A stretch of DNA of 64,000 nucleotides, from the NCBI GenBank assembly GCA_963669175.1, contig OY769902.1:320001-384000 (forward strand). Direction: 5' to 3'. Each line of letters begins with the position of its first letter. Within the stretch, counting starts at the first letter, position 1. The notes beneath the pieces are model-generated. The model worked only from the letters and a program-made list of their open reading frames with translations, did no database searches and had not been told where the DNA came from. This DNA comes from a bacterium (lineage in GTDB: Bacteria; Electryoneota; Electryoneia; Electryoneales; Electryoneaceae). A program made the translations under genes and the position numbers. Shown one piece after another: positions 20,294 to 30,234 of this stretch.

Positions 20294-23143
20294 ATGAGTG
20301 ACAAGCCCGCCGAAGTGACGCCCGATCCCGAAAACATGACCCAGCTCGAGAAAGACCGGCAATGGGTCAAGGAAGTCTACCAGGGCAATATTCCCCAACT
20401 AACCGTACGCGCCATTATCACCGGTCTGTTGCTAGGCTGGGTCATGGCGTTGGCGAACCTGTACGTCGGATTAAAATCCGGCTGGGGCATCGGGGTGGAA
20501 GTAACCTCGGTTATCCTGGCATTTGCGATCTGGAAAGGCATCGAAGGTATCCGCCTGACCAAGCGTCCGCTTCACATGCTGGAAAACAACATCATCATGA
20601 CCTCAGCGGTCACCCCGAGTTACATCGTTTCCGCCGGGCTGGTTTCTTCTATTCCGGCCATGATGATGCTCGATCCGAATTTCTCGATCAAGTGGTGGCA
20701 GCTTGCCATCTTCCTGCAGGTGACCCTGTTGCTGGGTATGATTGTCGCGGTGCCGATCAAACGCCAGATCGTAAACTCCGGCGAGCTTCCCTTCCCGGCG
20801 GCAATTCCCACAGCAGAAACACTCAAGAGCATCTATTCCAAAGGCGCCGGAGCCATGCAGAAGGCTGCGTCCCTGTTCGTTGCAGCTTTAATCGGAGTTG
20901 CAGACCAGGTGCTGGTGAATGTCGGCATCATGACCGCCTTCATCACCAGCGGTGCGCTTCGTATCGGCAAGATCGGCATGTCCAAACTGACCCTCGGCAT
21001 GGACACCAGCCTGTTGTTTGTCGGTATCGGCGCGTTTATAGGCCCACGCATCGGCCTGACCATGCTGGTCGGCATGATCCTGAACTTTGCCGTGCTCGGC
21101 CCCTGGATGATTCACAAAAAGGAAATCGTCCACGACGCCCCGGCCCTGTCCAGCCAGACGATTCTCGAATTCCCGATGACCATCCCGGCGGGAAGCGAAC
21201 TGGCTTTCGAAACCGAAGAAGCGATTAACGGCCCGGAAATGCAGGACGGCACAGAGACCCTGCGTATCAGTAAATCCTGGGTAAATGACTATACCTATAC
21301 CAGTCTCGATGAACTACTGGCAGACCTGAACGGCCTGCTTATTCACCCGTCACAGATCGCCAACCCGATGGAGTTGGTCACCTGGCTGAACGCTGGTGAT
21401 GCACCACTGGCAGCCCACCTGAAAGCTCATCTGAGCGAAGCAACCCTGGCTGCCATGGAAGAAAACGATCCCGAATTCCCTCCGGGCGACGAGCTGATCC
21501 GTTCGATCACCACAGACTTGAATGCAACCCTGTTCGTACAGGGCTTGTACAATGCGAGCTGGTTCCCCTGTACGAGTCGTTTGCCGGAAACCACGCTTCT
21601 CCTTGAAACTCGCGCCGCATTGCTGGATACCAGCGAAGAAAAGGATCTCAACGGCCAGAACCTGATCACGATGAACCGTCTGCTGCTCGACGAAGGTCTG
21701 GCAGGAATGCTGACCGGGGCCAAAGACCTGGCACATGACAGCGAAAACTCGCTGCCAATGGTTCTGCATTTTGAGGCCGGCGACATGGGTGTGCAGACCG
21801 GCGAAAACCCGGTGCCACTACTGCCCGGCATCCCGGTCAAAAAAATTGATCCAATCGTTGAGAAGGCCAAGCAACTTCGTGTCAGCGCTCCGGAATTGAC
21901 CGGTTGGGAATCAAAATTAGCCGTAGTTACCTCGGCTGATAAGTTCGGTGAAGATTTTAATGCCAGTCTCGACGCAGCCAATTCAGACCTGTCGGCTTCC
22001 GGCGACTTTGTCATCACCCAGGAAGCGACTGCACTGGCGTTGAAGAAGCTGTATCCGGAAAACATGCCGGTTGCCTTGATGCTCGGCTTCCTGCCGGATG
22101 ACGCTCACGGCACCAGCATGCGAGTGGTCGGCGGCTACCGTAACATCGTAGCCTGGACCATGTGGCCCGCGGTTGGTATGATGGTTATGGCCGGTTTGCT
22201 GGCCTTTGCTTTCCAGTACAAGACCATCGCCCACACCTTCAAGGGCCTGTTTGCGAAGAAGCAAGCGTCGGCTGACGGTGAAGAAGAAGATCCGCTGGAC
22301 GGTATCGAAATTCCGATGAAATGGTTTGTGATCGGGTTCATCATCTTCGGCATCCTGGCTATCATTACCATGCTCTGGATCTTCGACATTCCGATCTGGA
22401 TGGGTATTATCGCCGTGATCATGAGTTTCTTCCTGGCGATGGTGGCGGTGCGTGCGTCCGGCGAAACGGGCATCATCCCCATCGGCGCCATGGGTAAAGT
22501 GACCCAGTTGACATTCGGTGTTCTGCATCCGGGAAGCATCAAGACCAACCTGATGACAGCCAGTGTGACCGCCGGAGCAGCGACTTCCGCCGGTGACATG
22601 TGCAACCAGCTCAAGGTCGGGCACCTGATCGGCGCAAAGGCGCGTCACCAGTTCATCGCCCAGATGATCGGTATTATCAGTTCTATCGCGGTTGTCCCGG
22701 TATTCTTCATCATGGTGCCGGATCGTACCGCCTTGGGAACGGCCGCATTGCCGGCGCCATCCGCTGTGGTCTGGGCCGGTGTGGCGCGTCTGCTAAGCCA
22801 GGGCATTGACACCTTGCCAAAATCGGCTGTCGTAGCGCTGGCGGTAGGTTCGCTGTTCGGTGTGGCGATTGCTTTCCTTGAAAAGCTGTATCCCAAATGC
22901 CGCCGTTGGGTTTGGCTACCCTCGCCTGCTGCGATGGGTATCGCCATGATCGTCCCGGCTCAGTATTCGCTGTCCATGTTCATAGGCGCTATGGCCGCAT
23001 TAATCCTGGAAAAGGTCGCGCCGAAGACCAACGACATGTACACCATCCCGGTAGCCAGCGGCTTTATCGCTGGTGAAGCCCTGACTGGCGTGGCGATCGC
23101 GATTATCGCTGTCCTCACTGGAGGCCTGTTTATCTTCGGATAA
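20294..23143 (+). CDS. OPT-family (oligopeptide/metal-chelate) transporter with a large internal soluble insertion
   Basis: QLTVRAIITG...NLYVGLKSGW, ENNII, LPFP, GETGIIPIGAMGKVTQL, ASGFIAGEAL; 949 aa because of a roughly 330-aa hydrophilic insert. Confidence 0.88.
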   Translation: MSDKPAEVTPDPENMTQLEKDRQWVKEVYQGNIPQLTVRAIITGLLLGWVMALANLYVGLKSGWGIGVEVTSVILAFAIWKGIEGIRLTKRPLHMLENNIIMTSAVTPSYIVSAGLVSSIPAMMMLDPNFSIKWWQLAIFLQVTLLLGMIVAVPIKRQIVNSGELPFPAAIPTAETLKSIYSKGAGAMQKAASLFVAALIGVADQVLVNVGIMTAFITSGALRIGKIGMSKLTLGMDTSLLFVGIGAFIGPRIGLTMLVGMILNFAVLGPWMIHKKEIVHDAPALSSQTILEFPMTIPAGSELAFETEEAINGPEMQDGTETLRISKSWVNDYTYTSLDELLADLNGLLIHPSQIANPMELVTWLNAGDAPLAAHLKAHLSEATLAAMEENDPEFPPGDELIRSITTDLNATLFVQGLYNASWFPCTSRLPETTLLLETRAALLDTSEEKDLNGQNLITMNRLLLDEGLAGMLTGAKDLAHDSENSLPMVLHFEAGDMGVQTGENPVPLLPGIPVKKIDPIVEKAKQLRVSAPELTGWESKLAVVTSADKFGEDFNASLDAANSDLSASGDFVITQEATALALKKLYPENMPVALMLGFLPDDAHGTSMRVVGGYRNIVAWTMWPAVGMMVMAGLLAFAFQYKTIAHTFKGLFAKKQASADGEEEDPLDGIEIPMKWFVIGFIIFGILAIITMLWIFDIPIWMGIIAVIMSFFLAMVAVRASGETGIIPIGAMGKVTQLTFGVLHPGSIKTNLMTASVTAGAATSAGDMCNQLKVGHLIGAKARHQFIAQMIGIISSIAVVPVFFIMVPDRTALGTAALPAPSAVVWAGVARLLSQGIDTLPKSAVVALAVGSLFGVAIAFLEKLYPKCRRWVWLPSPAAMGIAMIVPAQYSLSMFIGAMAALILEKVAPKTNDMYTIPVASGFIAGEALTGVAIAIIAVLTGGLFIFG

Positions 23144-23164
23144 AGCCCCAAGCCTGTTGATATC

Positions 23165-23197
23165 AAAGGGGAAGGCCTTATTGGCTTTCCCCTTTTG
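23165..23197 (+). terminator. Intrinsic terminator
   Basis: AAAGGGGAAGGCC-ttatt-GGCTTTCCCCTTTT after the OPT stop. Confidence 0.7.
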
Positions 23198-23291
23198 TAT
23201 GTACTCGCCGGACAGGAATCGCAATACCTGCGATATAGGGTAAACACCCCGTCACGCATATATTATCAGGTAAGAACGAAAGGATTCATGT

Positions 23292-23870
23292 ATGCGAATT
23301 CTAGCCTGTGATGACGACCATTTAATGCGTACGATTGTTGCGGATTGGCTAACGAACCTGGGACATGAAGTTGTTACTGCGGAAGATGGTTTACGTGCAT
23401 GGGTCCGTTACAATGAGGAACACTATCCTGTAATTATTTCCGACGTGATGATGCCCAACATGAACGGCTATGAACTCTGCAAAAAGGTTCGCGCCGCCAA
23501 CCATGAAAAATACACCTACATCATTGTCCTGACCGCCCTTGAAGGAAAAGACAGCTACCTGAAAGCACTGCATGCCGGGGCGGATGACTTCATCAACAAA
23601 CCCTTCGATGAAGCTATCCTGGAAGCACGTCTTGAAGTCGCCCAGCGTATCCTGAAATTACAGACTACAGTAAAACAGCTTGAGGGACTGCTGCCCGTCT
23701 GCTCTTACTGCAAACGCATCCGTAAAGACGATGAAGAGCATAACCACACCGAATGGGTTGCGATTGATTCGTATATCCAGGAAAAGGCGAATGTGGACTT
23801 TTCGCACGGCGTCTGCCCGGATTGTTACAACGCGATCATCCGTCCGCAGTTGGGGGACGAGGACGACTGA
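23292..23870 (+). CDS. Response regulator (REC) with C-terminal CxxC...HxxCxxC motif
   Basis: ACDDD, ISDVMMP, FINKPF; tail LPVCSYCKRIR...FSHGVCPDC. Confidence 0.88.
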   Translation: MRILACDDDHLMRTIVADWLTNLGHEVVTAEDGLRAWVRYNEEHYPVIISDVMMPNMNGYELCKKVRAANHEKYTYIIVLTALEGKDSYLKALHAGADDFINKPFDEAILEARLEVAQRILKLQTTVKQLEGLLPVCSYCKRIRKDDEEHNHTEWVAIDSYIQEKANVDFSHGVCPDCYNAIIRPQLGDEDD

Positions 23871-24030
23871 TTGAATCCGGAACGTATCTGTATTTGAAGC
23901 AAACCGCAGTGCATTGTTTCACACCCCGGCTTCGCGAGTGCTGAAATTCATTCGACCGTTTGGCTTGACTGCTTGCTGTCGGGTTTCAATCCGCGGCCAG
24001 ACTACTCCCATTGTCACAACGAGATGTTAC

Positions 24031-24246
24031 CACGAAAAGGGGACGGGATCCTTTTCCCCGCTTATTTGCCGAACACTCTCGCTGACCTTGCGGAAAAGGA
24101 AACTGTACCCTTTTCGCAGTGACAAAACCTTATCACAGGAAACAGAATAGAGCGTTGTACTTCTTCACAGGCAAAAGGGAACAGCCACCTTTTCAATTCA
24201 CCGCATCACACAGTATTGCATCGCTTCACAACGAAAAGGAAACTGT
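24031..24246 (+). repeat. Family C four-hairpin repeat, interrupted by the IS in its fourth hairpin (resumes at 25722-25733)
   Basis: GAAAAGGGGACGGGATCCTTTTC, GAAAAGGAAACTGTACCCTTTTC, AAAAGGGAACAGCCACCTTTTC, then GAAAAGGAAACTGT | IS | CCCCTTTTGC. Confidence 0.85.
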
Positions 24247-24356
24247 TATAATGCATAAGTAGAAGCAGCCAACCTCGACGCAGCACACATGTCGGGCTAA
24301 CTTGTGTTAAAGGCGTAACACGAGGTTACCCGTAGTACTTACACGAGGAGGTTGGC

Positions 24357-25403
24357 ATGCAGGCAGTATACTACATCGGTCTGGACGTACACAAGAAGAA
24401 GATTGCGTATTGTATTCAAACGTCGGCAGGTAAGATAGTTGACCAGGGCATGGTTGCATCCACCCGTCCTGCTCTTTCAAACTGGGTTGCGAAGTTACCG
24501 ACTCCCTGGGCGGCGGCGATGGAAGCGACGTTGTTTACAGGCTGGATTTATGATTTTCTGAAGCCGCATGCATCGGCACTGAAGGTGGCACACCCGGCGA
24601 TGCTGAAGGCGATTACGGCGGCGAAGAAAAAGAATGACAAGGATGACGCCAAACGTATCGCAGATCTGCTCCGTATCGACCTGTTGCCGGAATGTTACAT
24701 GGCACCATCAGATATCCGTGAGCTACGCCGTGTGCTGCGATTTCGCAACAAAATCGTCCGGCATGCCGTGAGCCTGAAGAACAAGACGGCCGGATTACTG
24801 ATGGAAGTGGGCGCTGAGTATTCGAAAAGGCGTCTACATGGCAAACGCTACTTCCATGAATTGCTCATTGAACTTGATACGCTGGATGAGATTCCGACCA
24901 CTGTGGTTGAGATGTTGCGAATGAATCGTGCCGGCCTTGAGCTGTTTGAGACGCTGCAACTTCAACTGGTTAAGGCGCTGGCTACGCATTCGCTGTTGGC
25001 AGATCGGGTGAAGTTGTTGATGACGATCCGTGGCATTGGTGTGATGACCGCGCTGACATGGGCGTTGGAAGTGGGTGAAGTGGAACGGTTTGCCAGTATT
25101 TCCAAGGCAATCAGTTACTGCGGTTTGTGTAGTGCGCAGCAGGAATCAGCGGGAAAAACGAAACGGGGACCGTTGTCCAAGAAACGAAACAAACATTTGC
25201 AGACGAAACTGATCGAAGCGGCGAAGCTGGCGCCACAGTGGCATCCAGAGCTGCAGATTGTGCATGACCGTGAACTGGCACGCAGCAATCCCAACCGGGC
25301 AACATTAGCGGTAGCACGAAAGCTGGTAGCTTATCTGATGGCGGTTGATCGACGGGGAACGCCGTTTGTTCAAGCCGACACGACAACAGAACTTGTAAAC
25401 TAA
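24357..25403 (+). CDS. IS110-family recombinase/transposase (DEDD RuvC-like plus Tnp20 domain)
   Basis: YIGLDVHK, AMEAT, KNDKDDA, RGIGVMTA, SYCGL...QQESAGK...LSKKRN. Confidence 0.95.
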   Translation: MQAVYYIGLDVHKKKIAYCIQTSAGKIVDQGMVASTRPALSNWVAKLPTPWAAAMEATLFTGWIYDFLKPHASALKVAHPAMLKAITAAKKKNDKDDAKRIADLLRIDLLPECYMAPSDIRELRRVLRFRNKIVRHAVSLKNKTAGLLMEVGAEYSKRRLHGKRYFHELLIELDTLDEIPTTVVEMLRMNRAGLELFETLQLQLVKALATHSLLADRVKLLMTIRGIGVMTALTWALEVGEVERFASISKAISYCGLCSAQQESAGKTKRGPLSKKRNKHLQTKLIEAAKLAPQWHPELQIVHDRELARSNPNRATLAVARKLVAYLMAVDRRGTPFVQADTTTELVN

Positions 25404-25434
25404 CATTCTATGCCACAACGCGTATTGTAAACCG

Positions 25435-25700
25435 GACCTGCCCGCCAGGCCTCACGAAACAGGGGACTATGCTTCGGGCATCCTTGAAACTGTTTAGAGG
25501 CTGGTCGGGTGATCCCTAACTTCATCTTCTGTGACGGGCCATATGGCCCCGAGACAGACCATGAATGTCTGGCCGTAAGGTCTGTTGGCGGCCCACGCGA
25601 GAGCGAGCAAAGGTCAGGAAAAACGCGTTGAGGAAGAGGTTAGGCATCGTCCTGGTTCAGAGATGAATCAAAGGACTCGGGAAAACTCCGTCTTCCCCTT
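25435..25700 (+). ncRNA. Putative bridge RNA/seekRNA of the IS1111-type element (ends approximate)
   Basis: Stem-bounded internal loop holding AGGGGAC (25461-25467, bottom-strand target match) and GAAACTGT (25486-25493, top-strand target match) around an ATGC-ttcgg-GCAT hairpin. Confidence 0.75.
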
Positions 25701-25831
25701 GACTCTACTTATCATGAAAGTCCCCTTTTGCTGCCAATATTGGCTCGAGAGCGTAGCGATCTACAAGAATTTCCGGCTTTCGAGCATGCTTCCACCTTGC
25801 GAGATCGTCCTTTCCGCGCCTATTCTGTAAC

Positions 25832-27859
25832 ATGACACGGAAAACGGGACGATCCATCTTACCGGCTTTGATTCAGACCCATCCCGCCTGGGTTCTCTTC
25901 GGGATTGCTTTGTTGCTCCGCATCGTCCAGCTCGTTTTCGTATATCGCCAACCCGGTTTCGATCTTCCGATTGTTGATGAAGTCCATTTTGACATCATGG
26001 CCCGCAACCTCGCGGACGGCACTACGATGCATGACGGTCCCTTCTTCCGTCCGCCGCTCTGGTCCATCCTGCTTGCCGGCCCCTACAAACTATTTGGTCA
26101 GCATTTCTTTCTGGCGAGGTTCCTGAACACCATTCTTGGTTCGCTTGCGGTAACGGCTTCCTTTCGCCTTGGCAAACGTCTGTTTCATCAGCGTGTCGCC
26201 TTTACCGGTGCATTGATCTTTGCCTGCCAGGGGTTCTTCATCCATAACAGCACAACCGGGCTGGCTTCCACCCTGCTGGTCTATCTCAGCCTGGAAGCGT
26301 TGCAGGTTACGTTGTATGCTCGCAATCAAAATCGCCTTCGATACTGGCTTATTGCCGGACTACTGTGGGGACTTGCTGCCATAGCCAAACCGGTCGTGCT
26401 GGTGCCGGTGGTTGTCATTCTCTGTGATACCTTGTTCCGTAAAACAGCAACCGCCGGGTATCGTCAAAAAACGGCCGCGCTGTTTGTGCTTGGGCTGTTG
26501 TTGCCCATTATGCCTGTGACCCTGCGAAACTCGATTTCCGGCGATGCCGTCCTGGTATCTTCCAATGGCGGAATAAATTTGTATATGGGCAACAACGAAC
26601 AGGCGAATGGCGTCATCGTGTTTCATCCTGTCCTTGGCGTGGGCTGGACCGAGACCAATGCGCACTCGTGGGCGGAATCGGAAACCGGATACATGATGAG
26701 TCCGTCCGAAGCTTCATCGTGGTACACACAACAGGCGGTGCAGTTCTGGTTCTATCAGCCCAAACGTGCCTTCAAGCTGATACTGGATAAAGCCTATTAC
26801 ACATTCTCCGGGTTGATCTTCACCAACAATGGGAATCTCGGCTTTTACGCAAAGAGCAATCTTCTTTTACGGTCACTGCTTCCCCTGGGTTGGGGCGCTG
26901 TTTTCCCATTCGCATTGGTCGGCATGGTTCTCGCCTTCCGCAGGTCCGGCAATCATCGCTTGACGATGCTGGTAGCTTTCAGTTACCTGGGAATCTGTAT
27001 TCTCTTTTTTGTGCTGGCCCGTTTCCGGCTTCCAGCGGAAGGTATCCTGGTTCATTTCGCGGCATACACCGGGTGGTTCCTGCTGGGGCGCGAAGAAGTA
27101 ACTCAACAGGCTTCCGGAAAAATTCGCCTGCTGATATCGCTGGTTGTTGTTCTCCTGGCTTTGCCGGTGAATATGAACCTGAAGGGGATGAGCCGTTCCA
27201 TTGATTATGCTCACAGTTATTACCTGAATGGTCAGCTCCTGGCTCGTGAACACCGTTACTCGGAAGCGGCCCAGGCATTTCGTGACGCTATCGCACTGAA
27301 TAAGCGTATCCCACTCAGCTACCTGTATCTCGGGCAGGTTATGATGAAAATGGACAGCACAGAGCAGGCCATAAATTATTTCAAGCATGAAATCGCCACC
27401 TTGCCGAAAACCCAGTATTTCTCTGACCTGGTACTAAATGCTCAAGCCAATCTTGGACGCGCGTATATGAAGGTCGGCGATAAAGCGGAAGCGGAGCGAA
27501 CTTTCCGGGAGGCGCGTCAAATCTATGGTGGTGATCCCGGGGTAAATAAATACCTTACCAGTCTCATACTGGAGCGTACACGTGAAAAGCTAGTGCAAGA
27601 CGACTGGAACACAGCGCTTGAGAACCTTGAAGAAGCTGCCACTATCAACCCAAATGAACCGGCGCTTGCGTTTGCTTTTGCGGTAGCACGGTTCCATACC
27701 GGAAGCCCTGAGCACGCGAACCACATTATGGCTATCATCCTGAAGCATCACCCGGATTACTCGCCAGCTCAACGATGGCGGGATCAGGAGTGGCGCCCCG
27801 ACAGCCATGATATCCAGGAGCTGTTGCTCCCCTTCCTGGATGATGGCGAAAAAAAGTGA
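25832..27859 (+). CDS. GT-C (PMT/ArnT-like) membrane glycosyltransferase with C-terminal TPRs
   Basis: PIVDEVHF, FFRPPL, SSNGGINLYMGNN, ARFRLP; multi-TM N-terminal two-thirds; TPR tail. Confidence 0.82.
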   Translation: MTRKTGRSILPALIQTHPAWVLFGIALLLRIVQLVFVYRQPGFDLPIVDEVHFDIMARNLADGTTMHDGPFFRPPLWSILLAGPYKLFGQHFFLARFLNTILGSLAVTASFRLGKRLFHQRVAFTGALIFACQGFFIHNSTTGLASTLLVYLSLEALQVTLYARNQNRLRYWLIAGLLWGLAAIAKPVVLVPVVVILCDTLFRKTATAGYRQKTAALFVLGLLLPIMPVTLRNSISGDAVLVSSNGGINLYMGNNEQANGVIVFHPVLGVGWTETNAHSWAESETGYMMSPSEASSWYTQQAVQFWFYQPKRAFKLILDKAYYTFSGLIFTNNGNLGFYAKSNLLLRSLLPLGWGAVFPFALVGMVLAFRRSGNHRLTMLVAFSYLGICILFFVLARFRLPAEGILVHFAAYTGWFLLGREEVTQQASGKIRLLISLVVVLLALPVNMNLKGMSRSIDYAHSYYLNGQLLAREHRYSEAAQAFRDAIALNKRIPLSYLYLGQVMMKMDSTEQAINYFKHEIATLPKTQYFSDLVLNAQANLGRAYMKVGDKAEAERTFREARQIYGGDPGVNKYLTSLILERTREKLVQDDWNTALENLEEAATINPNEPALAFAFAVARFHTGSPEHANHIMAIILKHHPDYSPAQRWRDQEWRPDSHDIQELLLPFLDDGEKK

Positions 27860-27955
27860 AAACTTGCGGATCAGGATTGTGCAGCCAGCTTTACCACACG
27901 TAGTTTCCTTTTTTCCAGAGTCGGAATTCTTAAACAGTTAAACCGGGAGGCAGCC

Positions 27956-29995
27956 ATGATCAAACGGCTACTGATGGGTACCCTGGCAGTGGGACTGCTT
28001 GCAGGATCGCTTTACGCATTTCCGAGGAAAATCCTCATTGAAGAATTCAACGGGCATGGCTGAGGCAGTTGCAATCCAGCATCGGTGATGCTGCACGATT
28101 TTGTAACGAATGAGGATTATGCCGATCATGTCACGACCGTCGTTTACCATGCCTACTCTGACCCCTGGTACAACATTAACGGCGATGATCATGATACCCG
28201 CTTCCAGTATTATAGTGTAACCGGGATTCCTTCGGTTCGACTTGACGGTATCCTCGGTAACTACCTGCTGAGCGCTTCAGACCTGACAACCCCTTACGGA
28301 CAACGCTACAATGTGGAGAGTCCACTTTCCATTAGCATCATGTCCATCAACAATGAAGATGAGATTAATGTAACCGCTCTGGTCACCAGTGGAGACGAAG
28401 AAGTACCTGCCAACCTGAAGATCCGAATGGCGCTGGTCAGCCTGTTTTACGACAACTTCACCGGCAACAACGGGCAGTCTGAATGGCATTGGGACATGCT
28501 GGACATGGCGCCCGATGCGGCAGGCCAGGACTTTGAAATCGGCCTGAACGAGACGGTTGAGTATTCCGCCACTTTCCCCTGGCCATTCACCCTGCAACAG
28601 GATGAGGTCGCTGAGGATAACGCCAAGATTGTGGTCTGGGTGCAGAACGATACCAACCACGAAGTGCTTCAGTCTGAATGGGCTGAGATTGGCGGTGGGT
28701 ACATGTTTGAAGCTGAACCCGGCCTGACCGAGAAACTGGTTGCGCCAGGGAGTGAAGCCGAGTTTTCCTTCGACATCACCAACACCGGTATGATGGAAGA
28801 TACTTACGATATCGCTATCACTTCCGGCCTGCTCGAGGATTGGTCCTATACTTACACAACTCCCGATGGCGAACAGAACGCTCCCGCCAGCATGACCCTC
28901 GCACCGGAAGCGACCTTTACGAGCACGGTTACCCTGTCCACAGCAGCCAATATACCGGCGTCTCAAGGCTCCATTACCATCACCATCACCTCGCAAAATA
29001 GCCCATTTATAAGTTGCGAGATGACATTTTACGCCATGGCCAACGGGCAGATCCTGGTGTTGAACGGGGACACCGAAGGACGCTATTCAGAGTACTACAC
29101 CAACGCCCTTCATGAAGTCACCCTGATTGAGGAGCTGAATGAAGATCTGAACTATTCGGTCTGGACTGCTGCCGAGCATCCTTTCCACGCTGGCGACCTG
29201 GACGAGGCAACGCCGGAACTGGTGATCTGGTACGTGGGCGGTGAGGGCAACATCACGGACGCTGATGAAACCGGCCTGATGAGTTACCTGGATGACGGCG
29301 GTTCGTTGTGGATCACAGGTTCATCAGCAGCCGTAGCCATGGACGGTGGCGACCTTATAGGGTATATGGGCGCCAGCTTCCAAGATCATTACTCCCGCGG
29401 TTATAACGTACATGGCGAAGAAGGCGATCTCTATTTTGACGGGTTGGAAACACCGATCATGGAAGGTGATGGCGCGGATAACCGAGGCGTCCCCAGCGCC
29501 CTGTACGCGACCGATGACGGCACAGTCTGCCTGATGTATTCAACAATCCGTGTCGCCGGGATTCGTCGCAGCGCCGATACATACAACACCCTGCTGTTCG
29601 GCTTCCCCTTCGAGGCTATCGCGTCACAGGAAGCCCGGACGACCTGTATGCTGGATGCGCTGCATTTCCTGATCGACTTTAACAATTTCCACGGCATCAC
29701 AGACACACCGGATCTGCTGCCGTCAGCTTTTAGCCTGCAACAGAACTACCCGAACCCGTTCAACCCGGAAACGGAGATCCGGTTCACGTTGCCTGAACGT
29801 GCGATGGTTCACCTCGCAGTCTTCGATATTACGGGGCGGGAAGTTGCCAGGTTGACAAATCGTCATTTCGAAGCGGGTCAACATTCTCTGCACTGGAACG
29901 CTGCCGACCAGGCCAGCGGTGTCTATTTCCTGCGCATGACTGCCATCGGAAACACACCGTTTGAGGCAACCAGGAAGATGGTGCTGGTGAAGTAA
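27956..29995 (+). CDS. Candidate secreted selenoprotein: Omp28/thioredoxin-like UxxC domain, Ig-like and alpha/beta domains, C-terminal sorting-type domain (679 aa with UGA readthrough)
   Basis: GGGAGG RBS, ATG 27956, MIKRLLMGTLAVGLLAGSLYA-FPRKILIEEFNGHG*GSCNP; TGA at 28061-28063 is in frame with the 28085..29995 ORF. Confidence 0.85.
28077..28093 (+). promoter_or_regulatory. SECIS-like hairpin
   Basis: CAGCATC-GGT-GATGCTG; 20 nt separate the in-frame TGA from the G-initial loop. Confidence 0.7.
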
Positions 29996-30234
29996 GGCTG
30001 TATAGATAATACTGGTGAAACACTATACTGCAACGGGACTGTCCCTTGGGATGGTCCCGTTGTTATAACAGGTTTTTACGGCCATACGTATGCGTCATTG
30101 TTGACATGGCGAGCAGCAAAACAACAAATATTTCAGAATTCCTTAAAAGGTTTGTCAGATATACTTTACTTACAACTCCCCCTGGTGTACATTGGAAAAA
30201 AATTCTACCATCAAGAAACCGTATGGAGTACAAA

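Larger units (their letters stand above)
24247..25721 (+). mobile_element. IS110-family element, IS1111 type
   Basis: GT core at 24245-24246 and 25720-25721; subterminal IR ATAAGTAGA (24255-24263) / TCTACTTAT (25704-25712); removing it restores the repeat hairpin; short 5' and long 3' non-coding ends. Confidence 0.9.
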
